Below, in pieces: positions 31,605-40,627 of a DNA stretch of 64,000 nucleotides (position 1 is its first letter; each line of letters begins with the position of its first letter). A program made the position numbers and the translations under genes. Below the pieces are notes generated by a model. The model was not told where the DNA came from. It saw only the letters and a program-made list of their open reading frames with translations, and searched no databases. The DNA comes from an uncultured Gammaproteobacteria bacterium (GTDB lineage Bacteria; Patescibacteriota; Patescibacteriia; Patescibacteriales; UBA12465), in contig CAZAAD010000001.1 in assembly GCA_964483295.1 (NCBI GenBank), positions 27,875 through 91,874 of the forward strand, read 5' to 3'.

Positions 31605-32492
31605 TTAAAGCTTGGTGGCCGCTCTTAATTTAGCACTTCTGGCCCGCGGATTTTCACTTTCTTCCTGCATTGTCGGCACCAAGGGTTTTTTAGTTACAAT
31701 TTTCCAGCCTTCGTTATTCTTTAAAAAATGTTTTACTATCCTGTCTTCGCCGCTATGAAATGATACGACTACCAGTCTGCCTCCCGGACGCAGTAATTTA
31801 CTGGCTGCCGGCAAGACTTCACGTAAATTATCCAATTCGCCATTAGTCTCCATCCGCAAGGCTTGGAAAATTCTGGTAGCAGGATGAATCTTTCCCCGAA
31901 AACGCATCGGCACTTTTGACTCGACTAAGGCGGCTAGTTCGGCAGCAGAGACAATTGGTTTTTTCTTCCTCGCCTCCACAATTGCCTTGGCTAACAGATA
32001 AGCTCTCTTATCCTCACCAAAGTCGCGGAAAATCCGAGTTAATTCTGGCAAGGAGTAGGTATTAACAATCCGAGCCGTATCTGCCTCCGCCTCCGGGCCA
32101 AAAGCCATATCCAGTGAAGATTCGTGTTTGAAAGAAAATCCGCGCTTAGCATCAGCTAATTGAAAAGAAGAAAGCCCTAAATCCATCACCACACCATCCA
32201 CCAAGCAATCCTCACCCCAAACTTCGGTGGCCAAATCGTCAATATTTTTAAAATTACCCTCACGAACAATTATATTTTTAATTCCTTTTTCCTTAATGAT
32301 ACTCTGGGCATTAGCAATAGCGGCCTTATCCATATCGATGCCCAGCACTTGGCCAGATGGTCCACATTTATTGGCTAGTGCCAACGTGTAGCCAGCACCA
32401 CCCAAGGTGCAATCAATATAGTTACCGCCGGATTTTATATTTAATGCTTCCAGGACCTCAGTCAACATGACTGGTATATGTCCAAATTCCAT
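31605..32492 (-). CDS. rsmH: 16S rRNA m4C1402 methyltransferase
   Basis: HIPVML, DCTLG, DLGLSS, HPATRIFQALR, SFHS, NPRARSAKLR. Confidence 0.96.
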   Translation of the reverse strand: MEFGHIPVMLTEVLEALNIKSGGNYIDCTLGGAGYTLALANKCGPSGQVLGIDMDKAAIANAQSIIKEKGIKNIIVREGNFKNIDDLATEVWGEDCLVDGVVMDLGLSSFQLADAKRGFSFKHESSLDMAFGPEAEADTARIVNTYSLPELTRIFRDFGEDKRAYLLAKAIVEARKKKPIVSAAELAALVESKVPMRFRGKIHPATRIFQALRMETNGELDNLREVLPAASKLLRPGGRLVVVSFHSGEDRIVKHFLKNNEGWKIVTKKPLVPTMQEESENPRARSAKLRAATKL

Positions 32493-32495
32493 ATT

Positions 32496-32927
32496 TTAAA
32501 CCCCTAAATCTCCCAAAGCTTCCGCAATGGCATTACTATTCTTTTCTGATTCTAGCTTATATTTATTCCAAGAATCCTCATCCCAAATTTCCAAATGATC
32601 ATACAAGCCGGCCACAATCACTTTTTTCTTTAAGGCAGAAAAACGACGCAAATATTCAGGTAAAGTAATCCTCCCTTGATTATCAAACTCTAAATCCATT
32701 GCTCCGGCCAACATATGGCGCGCAAAAGCTCTAGCTTTGGCCTGACTAATTGGCAAGGAAGCAAACTTTTTAGCCATTTCTTCAAACTTATCTTTTGAAT
32801 ACAAGAAAAGGCAGTTGTCCAATCCTTTGGTAACGACTGCTCCCTTTTTTAAGATGTTGCGGAATTTAGCCGGAATAGCTAAACGTCCTTTATCATCTAA
32901 GTTGTGATTATACTCACCGATGAACAT
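32496..32927 (-). CDS. mraZ: Division/cell-wall cluster repressor
   Basis: MFIGEYNHNLDDKGR...DNQGRI; start trimmed. Confidence 0.96.
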   Translation of the reverse strand: MFIGEYNHNLDDKGRLAIPAKFRNILKKGAVVTKGLDNCLFLYSKDKFEEMAKKFASLPISQAKARAFARHMLAGAMDLEFDNQGRITLPEYLRRFSALKKKVIVAGLYDHLEIWDEDSWNKYKLESEKNSNAIAEALGDLGV

Positions 32928-32959
32928 ATAGGCTGATGGCAGCTCGGGGGAGAAAATAA

Positions 32960-33022
32960 TCCACAGTTCCCCACAATTCACCTTACAGATTTAATTATAC
33001 ACCACAAGCACCCAGTGGTCAA
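32960..33022 (-). promoter_or_regulatory. dcw promoter TTGACC-N17-TATAAT with MraZ-type (G/C)TGG boxes
   Basis: -35 at 33017-33022, -10 at 32994-32999; boxes CTGG 33012, GTGG 33002, GTGG 32971 and GTGG 32961, in two pairs with 10-nt spacing. Confidence 0.8.
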
Positions 33023-33060
33023 CATTTTAATTTACCTTAAAATAAAAGAAAAAAAGCACA

Positions 33061-33089
33061 AAAAAGACCACTTATCAACAAGTGGTCTT
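33061..33089 (-). terminator. Intrinsic terminator after dus
   Basis: aagaccactt...aagtggtctt with a U-tract on the minus strand. Confidence 0.75.
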
Positions 33090-33161
33090 GCAAAATAAAA
33101 TTTTTTGCCAAAAATGTAAAAAAGTTTTCAACAATTAATGCACAAGTGTCAAGGGGGTGTT

Positions 33162-34184
33162 TTAGGCCATTTTTTTCACACCAGGACGAGCTTTTAATTG
33201 TGATAAACTCTGAGCCACTATTTTCTGTAAATCAGCTAAACAAGAAACCGTAACTAACTCACTGCGCAAACGACTAGCCCCCGGAAAGGATTGCACATAC
33301 CAAACTAAATGTTTACGTAGCTCCAGCATAACTCCTTCCCCTTTTAGCTTAACCGCTAGGGTCGCGTGTCTGAGCATTAATTTCAAAATTTCCGCCTGAG
33401 AAAAATTAATTTCTTTATTATTTTTTATTTCTTTAAACAACCAGGGGCGACCTAAAATTCCGCGCGCTAAACCCAAACCGTCAGCTTGCGACTCAATAAG
33501 TGATTTTTTAGCATCAGGCAAACTATTAATTCCACCATTAGCTAATATCACACCCTTAAAATGCCGTCGTGCCTCCTTAATAATTTTCAAATCAGGTGCC
33601 CCGGCAAAACCTTGGGTTAAGGTGCGGCCATGAATCATCACGGCCGCTACTGGCAAATCAGCAATGTTGTCCAAAAACTCGATAACACCAACCTCGCCAG
33701 ATTTAGCACGCAATTTAATAGAAACTGGCAGAGTGGTATTATCTAAAACGGCTTTAATAACCGCACGAGCCCTTTTTAAATCCTTCATCAAGTCAGCTCC
33801 AGCACCTTGCTTAAGCACTTTACCAGCTGGACAACCAAAATTAATATCTAAACCGTCAGGTTTAATTTGTTCAGAAACAAAGCGAGCGGCAGTGGCAAAA
33901 TGGTCAGGATTAGAACCAAACAACTGCACAACATAATACTTTTCTAAGCGACGATTAAATCTTAAAAGTTCCATAGTTACTTTACCGCCATTATCTCTCC
34001 CGGGTTTTTTAGAGGACACATAATAATGCAGGGCGGTTACCGAAGCCATTTCACTATATAAAACATCGGCGCCCTGGTGGCGACAGATTTGGCGAAAAGC
34101 AGTATCAGTAAAACCGGCCATCGGCGCTAAAGCGAGGATGGGCCGGCCAGTATTTTTTAATTTTTCCCAAAAATTTTTTTTCAT
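33162..34184 (-). CDS. tRNA-dihydrouridine synthase
   Basis: LAPMAG, QLFG, DINFGCP, IHGR, NGGI, RKH. Confidence 0.92.
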   Translation of the reverse strand: MKKNFWEKLKNTGRPILALAPMAGFTDTAFRQICRHQGADVLYSEMASVTALHYYVSSKKPGRDNGGKVTMELLRFNRRLEKYYVVQLFGSNPDHFATAARFVSEQIKPDGLDINFGCPAGKVLKQGAGADLMKDLKRARAVIKAVLDNTTLPVSIKLRAKSGEVGVIEFLDNIADLPVAAVMIHGRTLTQGFAGAPDLKIIKEARRHFKGVILANGGINSLPDAKKSLIESQADGLGLARGILGRPWLFKEIKNNKEINFSQAEILKLMLRHATLAVKLKGEGVMLELRKHLVWYVQSFPGASRLRSELVTVSCLADLQKIVAQSLSQLKARPGVKKMA

Positions 34185-34206
34185 TATCATGATGATAGAC
34201 AATAAA

Positions 34207-35598
34207 TTATTTCTTATGCACGGTCATGCCCGTGGGCGTATCTTCAACTAACCAGCCAGCCTGAATAATGGCCGCCCGCAAACGATCAGATTCGGCCCAA
34301 TTTTTGGCCGCTCTGGCAATTTTACGCTGAACCATGAGCGCTAATATTTCTGCCGGAATTTTTTCTTCATTATTTTCTGATCCGCTCCCCAAATTTAACC
34401 CTAAAACTTTATCAAAATCAAGTACGGTGGCGAGTTTATCGGCCGCCTCTAATTTAGATTTTAACACGGCCGACAAAACAGCTAAGGCTCTAGGTAGGTT
34501 TAAATCATCGTTCACGGCTAATAAAAACTTTTCTTTAAAAGTCTGATTGATTTTGCCTTTCTTCTGGCCCAAAGACGCTGTCTGTTTCCAAAGCTTATCT
34601 AAGCCTTGTTCAGCCTGTTTGAGGCTCTCAAGACTATATTCCATCGGTTTGCGGTAATGAACTTGGCAGGCCGCAAAACGATAAACTAAAGGATTAATGC
34701 CGGCATCATGAACTACTTTGCGCAATGTCAAAAAATCACCATCACTTTTAGCCATTTTTTTGCCACCAGCAATATTAAGAAAGGCGCCGTGCAGCCAAAA
34801 GTTAAAAAACTTTCTACCAGTTGCCGCCTCAGATTGGGCAATCTCATTAGTATGATGAACATTGATATGGTCAATCCCCCCACAGTGAATATCAAGATTA
34901 TTTTGCAAATGTTTTAAACTCATGGCCGAACATTCTACATGCCAACCAGGAAAGCCAACGCCCCAAGGAGACTCCCATTCCATCTGACGCTGAGTGTTTT
35001 TTGGAGAAAACTTCCATAAAGCAAAGTCTGTTGGATTGCGCTTTTCTGGATTTTTTTCCACTCGAGCCCCTTCTTTTAATTCTGCTAGCGGCAGGTGGCT
35101 GAGCTTATTATAATTTTTTATCTTGGCAGTATCAAAATAGACGCCATCCGTAATGCAGTAAGTGTAGCCCTTTTTCTCTAAAGACTTAATCAGATTAATC
35201 TGTTCTTTAATATAATCAGTCGCTTTTGCCCAAATAACCGGCTCTTGAATATTTAACTGCTGTAAATCACTTTTAAAGGCTTCAGTATAAGCGCTAGCAA
35301 TTTCCCAAGCGCTCTTACCTTCTCTTCTGGCACCTGTCTCCATCTTGTCTTCACCCATGTCCATATCACCAGTCAAATGGCCAACGTCAGTAATATTCAT
35401 GACGTGCTTAACTTTATAACCGTTATACGCCAGGGTACGCTTTAAAAAATCCTCAAATAAATAGGTACGCAAATTGCCAATATGGGCAAAATTATAAACT
35501 GTCGGCCCACAAGTATAAAGACCAACTTTATTAGCGCTCACCGGAGTAAATAATTCTTTTTTACGACTTAAGGTGTTATAGAGAAAAATTTTGGGCAT
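34207..35598 (-). CDS. cysS: Cysteine-tRNA ligase
   Basis: YTCGPTVY, HIGN, DFALWK, GWHVECSAM, KMAKS. Confidence 0.97.
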   Translation of the reverse strand: MPKIFLYNTLSRKKELFTPVSANKVGLYTCGPTVYNFAHIGNLRTYLFEDFLKRTLAYNGYKVKHVMNITDVGHLTGDMDMGEDKMETGARREGKSAWEIASAYTEAFKSDLQQLNIQEPVIWAKATDYIKEQINLIKSLEKKGYTYCITDGVYFDTAKIKNYNKLSHLPLAELKEGARVEKNPEKRNPTDFALWKFSPKNTQRQMEWESPWGVGFPGWHVECSAMSLKHLQNNLDIHCGGIDHINVHHTNEIAQSEAATGRKFFNFWLHGAFLNIAGGKKMAKSDGDFLTLRKVVHDAGINPLVYRFAACQVHYRKPMEYSLESLKQAEQGLDKLWKQTASLGQKKGKINQTFKEKFLLAVNDDLNLPRALAVLSAVLKSKLEAADKLATVLDFDKVLGLNLGSGSENNEEKIPAEILALMVQRKIARAAKNWAESDRLRAAIIQAGWLVEDTPTGMTVHKK

Positions 35599-35599
35599 A

Positions 35600-36127
35600 C
35601 TATTTAAACTTAACTGGAATCATAACTTTACCGTCATGCTCTGGCAACCCAGAAGGATTATCCTTAGCAATCACTAAATAGCCACTAGTAGCTTCGGTGG
35701 CAAATATTAATTCTGAGCGGAAAGGCACAAAATCAGCCGTCATCCAATCACTTTCGGCTTGTCCGTAGTGATTAACAATTACACTACCGTCTTCAGCTAT
35801 TAAACTAACAGGCAGACTAGCTTCAAAAAACCAACCACCCCGCGCTCTTCCGGTTACTACTAAGGGTGAAGTCACTAAATCTCCCGGCAAAGGACTAATC
35901 ACTGAAACTTCAACCACCGGCTCAACCACTGGTTCTGGCAAGACATCAAGCGGTGAAGAAGTGGCCGGTAATGAGGTATCGGGAGAAGTAGTAGCCGGAG
36001 AAGAAACCAGTGGCGATTCAACTATATTAGCCGGCTCATCCTGTTTTGTAAATTGATTCACGCGCAAGATGATGGCCGCTAAAATAACTATACCGGCGAT
36101 AAATAATAAAAATTGTTCTTTTCTCAT
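35600..36127 (-). CDS. Gmad2 Ig-like domain membrane protein
   Basis: TM, P/S/T linker, SPL.VTG.ARG.WFFEASLPV, DNPSGLPE. Confidence 0.8.
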   Translation of the reverse strand: MRKEQFLLFIAGIVILAAIILRVNQFTKQDEPANIVESPLVSSPATTSPDTSLPATSSPLDVLPEPVVEPVVEVSVISPLPGDLVTSPLVVTGRARGGWFFEASLPVSLIAEDGSVIVNHYGQAESDWMTADFVPFRSELIFATEATSGYLVIAKDNPSGLPEHDGKVMIPVKFK

Positions 36128-36195
36128 ATGTTTAACTAGCAATAATACTATTGACTATCGGTTTTATTTTATCATAATACCCAGAAATAATCACG

Positions 36196-36224
36196 AAAAA
36201 GCCCGCTCCTTTTCAAGAACGGGC
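36196..36224 (-). terminator. Intrinsic terminator of the 152-aa gene
   Basis: gcccg...cgggc stem with a U-tract on the minus strand. Confidence 0.65.
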
Positions 36225-36243
36225 CCAAGCCTATCATACTGCT

Positions 36244-36702
36244 TTAAAACATTTCTATTGTCATGTTTTTGTGAGTTTGCCGAAACAATCCCACTATTCT
36301 CTTCGCCTGCATTTTTGGCAAAAAGCTAATCAGCAGGAGATAGTCGGCAATCTCATGTAGTTCGCCAGAGCGGCAGGATTTTAATTCATTACGGCAAGAC
36401 TCCTGATCACAGCAAACTAGTTTGCTGCTGATTAAACCAAAGTCAGGCAACAGAAAGTGTTTTACCTTTCTTTTTTTGCAATAGGGACAGGTCTTCGTCA
36501 CGTCAAGACCACGAATTTTTTCCAATAAACTTTCAATTGCCAGCTGCAATTGATTTGGATTTTTAATTGCGGAATTACCTTGAAACGAAGCCTGATAAAT
36601 ACGGGCAACATGGACTGGGTCTATCATCATAACCTCAGTCAAAGAACTTCCCTGATACTTTCCACTCTGGAAAATATAGGAATAATTTTCATTTTTTGCC
36701 AT
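36244..36702 (-). CDS. Hypothetical protein with an F.xGKY.G module and a Cys cluster (possible Zn ribbon)
   Basis: FQSGKYQGSSL...DP; CPYC...CCDQESC. Confidence 0.7.
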   Translation of the reverse strand: MAKNENYSYIFQSGKYQGSSLTEVMMIDPVHVARIYQASFQGNSAIKNPNQLQLAIESLLEKIRGLDVTKTCPYCKKRKVKHFLLPDFGLISSKLVCCDQESCRNELKSCRSGELHEIADYLLLISFLPKMQAKRIVGLFRQTHKNMTIEMF

Positions 36703-36757
36703 CTTGTATTATTTAAGTACTAAACACAAAATAACATATTTATTTAAAAAAGTCAAT

Positions 36758-36788
36758 AAAAAAGGAGGCCTGCGAATCGCAAACCTCC
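36758..36788 (-). terminator. Intrinsic terminator
   Basis: Minus strand GGAGG-TT-TGCGA-T-TCGCA-GG-CCTCC-TTTTTT. Confidence 0.8.
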
Positions 36789-36892
36789 CAAGTAACCCTC
36801 AGGTTACCCTAACCATCAAGTATTCCTCTCTCCATGATAGCTAGATACTTCACACTTCATATATAAATGAACAAAGCACACCAAATTTAGTT
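36758..36892 (-). ncRNA. Candidate small RNA or micro-ORF transcript (~135 nt)
   Basis: Bounded by a consensus promoter (36899-36927) and a terminator (36758-36788); only 14- and 8-codon ORFs; internal stems. Confidence 0.5.
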
Positions 36893-36898
36893 GCCAAT

Positions 36899-36927
36899 AT
36901 TATAATACAAATAAAATTAAATGTCAA
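36899..36927 (-). promoter_or_regulatory. Consensus sigma70 promoter TTGACA-N17-TATAAT
   Basis: Plus strand attata at 36899-36904 and tgtcaa at 36922-36927. Confidence 0.8.
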
Positions 36928-37008
36928 TAGTAAATTATCACTCATACCTCAAATCCAGACAAATAAAACAAACGGGCTAATATCAAGCAAATATGCTATA
37001 CTTAAACC

Positions 37009-37629
37009 ATGCTTGATCTCGCAGCAGAAAAAAAAGTTTTTAATCTCGGCTATAAACTAGTCGCCGGCTTAGATGAGGCTGGCCGCGGTCCCTTGGCCGG
37101 ACCAGTGGTGGCTGCCTGCGTAATTATTGACCAAAATTTTACCATTCCTCCCGGGGATTTAGAACTTGTGGCCGACTCTAAAAAACTTAGCGCAAAAAAA
37201 AGAAACCTAATCTTTCGGGCCATCCGAGAAAGTGCGCTCGCAGTTGAAATCGGCGTAGTTGATAATAATGATATTGATAAAATAAATATTCTCCAAGCTA
37301 GTTTTTTAGCCATGCGGCGGGCGCTAAAAAAATCTCCACTTAAACCAGACTATGTATTATTAGACGGCGGCTTAAAAATTCCGAAGCTTAATTTACCACA
37401 AACCGCAATTATCCAGGGCGATGCAACTGTCTGGACAGTAGCTGCCGCGTCAATAATCGCCAAAGTCAGCCGTGATTGGATTATGGAGGAAATGGAAAAA
37501 AAATATCCCGGCTACAACTTCGCCAAGCATAAAGGCTATGGCACCAAAGAACATCTAGAGAAAATAAAAGCACTAGGACCCTGCCCTATCCACCGTCTAT
37601 CATTTGCGCCTCTAAAAAAGACTGCTTAA
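37009..37629 (+). CDS. rnhB: Ribonuclease HII
   Basis: GLDEAGRGPLAGPVV, DSKKL, LLDG, AAASIIAKV, HKGYGT, HRLSF. Confidence 0.97.
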   Translation: MLDLAAEKKVFNLGYKLVAGLDEAGRGPLAGPVVAACVIIDQNFTIPPGDLELVADSKKLSAKKRNLIFRAIRESALAVEIGVVDNNDIDKINILQASFLAMRRALKKSPLKPDYVLLDGGLKIPKLNLPQTAIIQGDATVWTVAAASIIAKVSRDWIMEEMEKKYPGYNFAKHKGYGTKEHLEKIKALGPCPIHRLSFAPLKKTA

Positions 37630-37640
37630 GCAGTCTTTTT
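37615..37640. terminator. Bidirectional terminator between rnhB and typA
   Basis: Perfect palindrome aaaaagactgcttaagcagtcttttt between convergent genes. Confidence 0.85.
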
Positions 37641-37653
37641 GAAATAAAATAAA

Positions 37654-39438
37654 TTATCTTTTGGCGCGCGCCCTTTCTACTTCCGTTAGATATTTCTTAC
37701 GCAAACGAATACTCTTAGGAGTGACTTCTAGGTATTCATCATCATTAATAATACTTAAACCTCTTTCCAGACTCAGCTCCCAAGGCGGCGTTAAAGTAAT
37801 CGCCTCATCAGAACCAGAAGCGCGAACATTGGTCAGCTTCTTGCCTTTAATCGGATTAACGGCCATGTCATTACCCTTAGCCACATTACCTAAAACCATA
37901 CCCTCATAAACTTCGGTATTGGGCTGAATATACAAAACGCCACGTTCTTGTAAATTCCATAAAGAATAAGCCAAGGCTTTGCCGCCAATCATGGAAACCA
38001 TTGAACCCAGCGCACTGCGCTCGATATCTCCAGCCCACTCTTTAAAGCCTAAAAAATGAGTACACAAAATTCCTTCTCCTCGAGTATCAACCACAAACTC
38101 TTCTCGATAACCTAATAAACCACGAGTGGGAATAGCGAAAATGATTCTCGTCTGGCCATTATGGCTTTTCATATCAGTAATCTGACCCTTGCGCTTAGAC
38201 ATTTTTTCAATTACCACACCGGAACAAGCTTCTGGAATATCAATACTAGCCTCTTCATAAGGCTCCAAAGTAACCCCATTCTCCTCTTTAATGATAACTT
38301 GAGGTTGAGAAACCTGGACTTCATAACCTTCACGGCGCATGTTCTCCAACAAAACAGCAATATGCAACTCACCACGACCGTATACTTTATAAAAACTATT
38401 GTCGGAAAAATCAATCTTTAAACCCACATTAACTTCCAATTCTTTTTCCAATCTTTCTTTAAGCTGACGATTAGTAACAAATTTACCTTCCCGTCCCGCG
38501 AAAGGAGAATTATTAACAAGAAAATTTAAACAAATTGTCGGCTCATCAATTTTAATCGCCGGCAAAGCAGCTTGATCGGCTGTTTCACAAATAGTTTCAC
38601 CGATATAAATATCAGACAAACCAGCAATTAAAACAATATCGCCCGCGGTTGCCTCTTGAACTTCCTGGCGAGAAAGGCCACGAAAAGTAAAAAGCTTAGT
38701 CACTTTACCCTGGCGACTGACGCCTTCCAAATTTTTAATAATCACAGACTGGCCGCTTAAAATGCGTCCGCTGTAAATGCGTGCCACCGCGCAACGTCCT
38801 AAAAAATTATCATAAGCTAAATTAAACGGCTGCACCAACAAGGTGGCGTCGCTCATATCCTGACTAGAAGCAGCGGGCACATGATTCATGATGGTATCTA
38901 ATAGGGGGTTAAGGCTATCGCTTAAGCTATCAAGCACTAAACCAGAGTGGCCGGTTTTGCCAATAGCATAAACCACCGGAAAATTGAGTTGTTCATCATT
39001 GGCTCCTAAATCTAAAAATAACTCATAGACCATTTCCGAAACTAAGGCTGGCCGCGCCGCCGGCTTGTCAACTTTATTAATAACCACAATCGGTTTTAAA
39101 CCTAGCTCTAAAGATTTTTTTAAAACAAATTTAGTCTGTGGCATCGGGCCCTCTTGAGCATCAACCACTAATAAAACTGAATCGATGGAACGCAAAACAC
39201 GCTCAACTTCAGAACTGAAATCGGCGTGCCCAGGAGTATCAACAATATTGATTTTGGTATCCTTATAAAAAAGACTGGCATTCTTAGCATAGATAGTGAT
39301 GCCTCTTTCCTGCTCTAAGGAATTACTATCCATACTGACACTGTCATCGACCATGCCATTCTGGCGCAAAAGCGCGTCTGTTAAAGTTGTTTTGCCATGA
39401 TCAACGTGAGCAATGATAGCAATATTCCTAATTTCCAT
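37654..39438 (-). CDS. typA: Translational GTPase TypA/BipA
   Basis: RNIAIIAHVDHGKTTL, ERGITI, GRGELH, EVTPKSIRLRK; start trimmed to MEIRNI. Confidence 0.97.
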   Translation of the reverse strand: MEIRNIAIIAHVDHGKTTLTDALLRQNGMVDDSVSMDSNSLEQERGITIYAKNASLFYKDTKINIVDTPGHADFSSEVERVLRSIDSVLLVVDAQEGPMPQTKFVLKKSLELGLKPIVVINKVDKPAARPALVSEMVYELFLDLGANDEQLNFPVVYAIGKTGHSGLVLDSLSDSLNPLLDTIMNHVPAASSQDMSDATLLVQPFNLAYDNFLGRCAVARIYSGRILSGQSVIIKNLEGVSRQGKVTKLFTFRGLSRQEVQEATAGDIVLIAGLSDIYIGETICETADQAALPAIKIDEPTICLNFLVNNSPFAGREGKFVTNRQLKERLEKELEVNVGLKIDFSDNSFYKVYGRGELHIAVLLENMRREGYEVQVSQPQVIIKEENGVTLEPYEEASIDIPEACSGVVIEKMSKRKGQITDMKSHNGQTRIIFAIPTRGLLGYREEFVVDTRGEGILCTHFLGFKEWAGDIERSALGSMVSMIGGKALAYSLWNLQERGVLYIQPNTEVYEGMVLGNVAKGNDMAVNPIKGKKLTNVRASGSDEAITLTPPWELSLERGLSIINDDEYLEVTPKSIRLRKKYLTEVERARAKR

Positions 39439-39559
39439 ATTTTTTATTACAATTAAGGCCAAAACAAAACGCGACTAAGAGCCGCGTTTTCACGATAAGC
39501 TGCTAAAAATTATAACTAATAAACAAATTCCTGTCAATACCTAGTAAAAACCGCCAATC

Positions 39560-39751
39560 CTACTCTGGCATGACAACATTTTTTGCTTTCCAAGTAAGAT
39601 CAAACAAAGTATAGAAGAAAAGGCTGGTAATAACTATGCCGGCGATAAAACCAGACAAAGAAGAAGCTAGTAGCTTTCCCAGGCTCCACTTAAATTCTTT
39701 CTTCTCACTCGAGACTAATTCGGCCACGAATTCGTGCTTTGTTCTTTTCAT
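39560..39751 (-). CDS. Small single-TM protein
   Basis: 63 aa with a hydrophobic helix; upstream TTGCGA-N17-TAAAAT. Confidence 0.65.
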   Translation of the reverse strand: MKRTKHEFVAELVSSEKKEFKWSLGKLLASSLSGFIAGIVITSLFFYTLFDLTWKAKNVVMPE

Positions 39752-39946
39752 AACTTTAAAAAATAGATTATGTGAAAAAAATTAATGATCTTTAAATAAG
39801 ACCGGACTCGGCTAATATAATTTTACTATTTTTTTCCATTTTTCGCAAATCATATCTGGCTTATTTCATATTTTGCTAAAAAATAGTTTAAGCGGCGTTC
39901 AGGATACTAATGCTAAACTGAAAATATAATTTATTAAAAAAATTTT

Positions 39947-40627
39947 ATGAAAATACTTATCGTCGAAGATGACGCGAGCGTCGCTAGTCTAATAAGCCAA
40001 GGGTTGGCTTTAGAATCTTTTTTAGTAGAAACTGCCAGCGATGGTGAGCGTGGCGCGTTTATGGCCAAAACTGGCGGTTATGCCTTAATAATTTTAGATT
40101 TTTCCCTGCCAAAACTAAACGGTAACGAAGTACTAAGAGAAATAAGGCGCGAAAAACCAAACTTACCAATTATTATGCTAACGGTAAAATCAGAAATACA
40201 AACCAAAGAAGAGGCTTTCAATCTAGGAGCAGATGATTATTTAACTAAGCCCTTTTTACTAGAAGAACTGATTTTAAGAATTAAGGCTTTATTGAGGCGA
40301 CCAGCTAAAACGGCCGTGGAAAATTTACAACTTGGCAATCTGCATTTCACGCCCTCTTCTGGCATCTGTAAACGCGGACAAAAATTTATTTACCTAACTA
40401 AACGCGAGGCTTGCTTACTACGATATTTATTTAAAAACCAAGGAGAAGTAGTAACGCGAGGAGAAATACTGGAAAATGTTTGGAACTACGAAGCTGATCC
40501 TTTTTCTAATTCTATTGAAACCCATATCGCTAGTTTAAGAAAAAAGCTAAAAACAAAAAACGAACCAGAAATAATCCATACTTTTCCTGGCCGCGGCTAT
40601 AAACTAGCTTTAAAAAAATTAGCCTAA
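39947..40627 (+). CDS. OmpR-family response regulator (no adjacent kinase)
   Basis: ILIVEDD, ILD, GADDYLTKPF, winged helix SLRKKL...GRGYKL. Confidence 0.93.
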   Translation: MKILIVEDDASVASLISQGLALESFLVETASDGERGAFMAKTGGYALIILDFSLPKLNGNEVLREIRREKPNLPIIMLTVKSEIQTKEEAFNLGADDYLTKPFLLEELILRIKALLRRPAKTAVENLQLGNLHFTPSSGICKRGQKFIYLTKREACLLRYLFKNQGEVVTRGEILENVWNYEADPFSNSIETHIASLRKKLKTKNEPEIIHTFPGRGYKLALKKLA

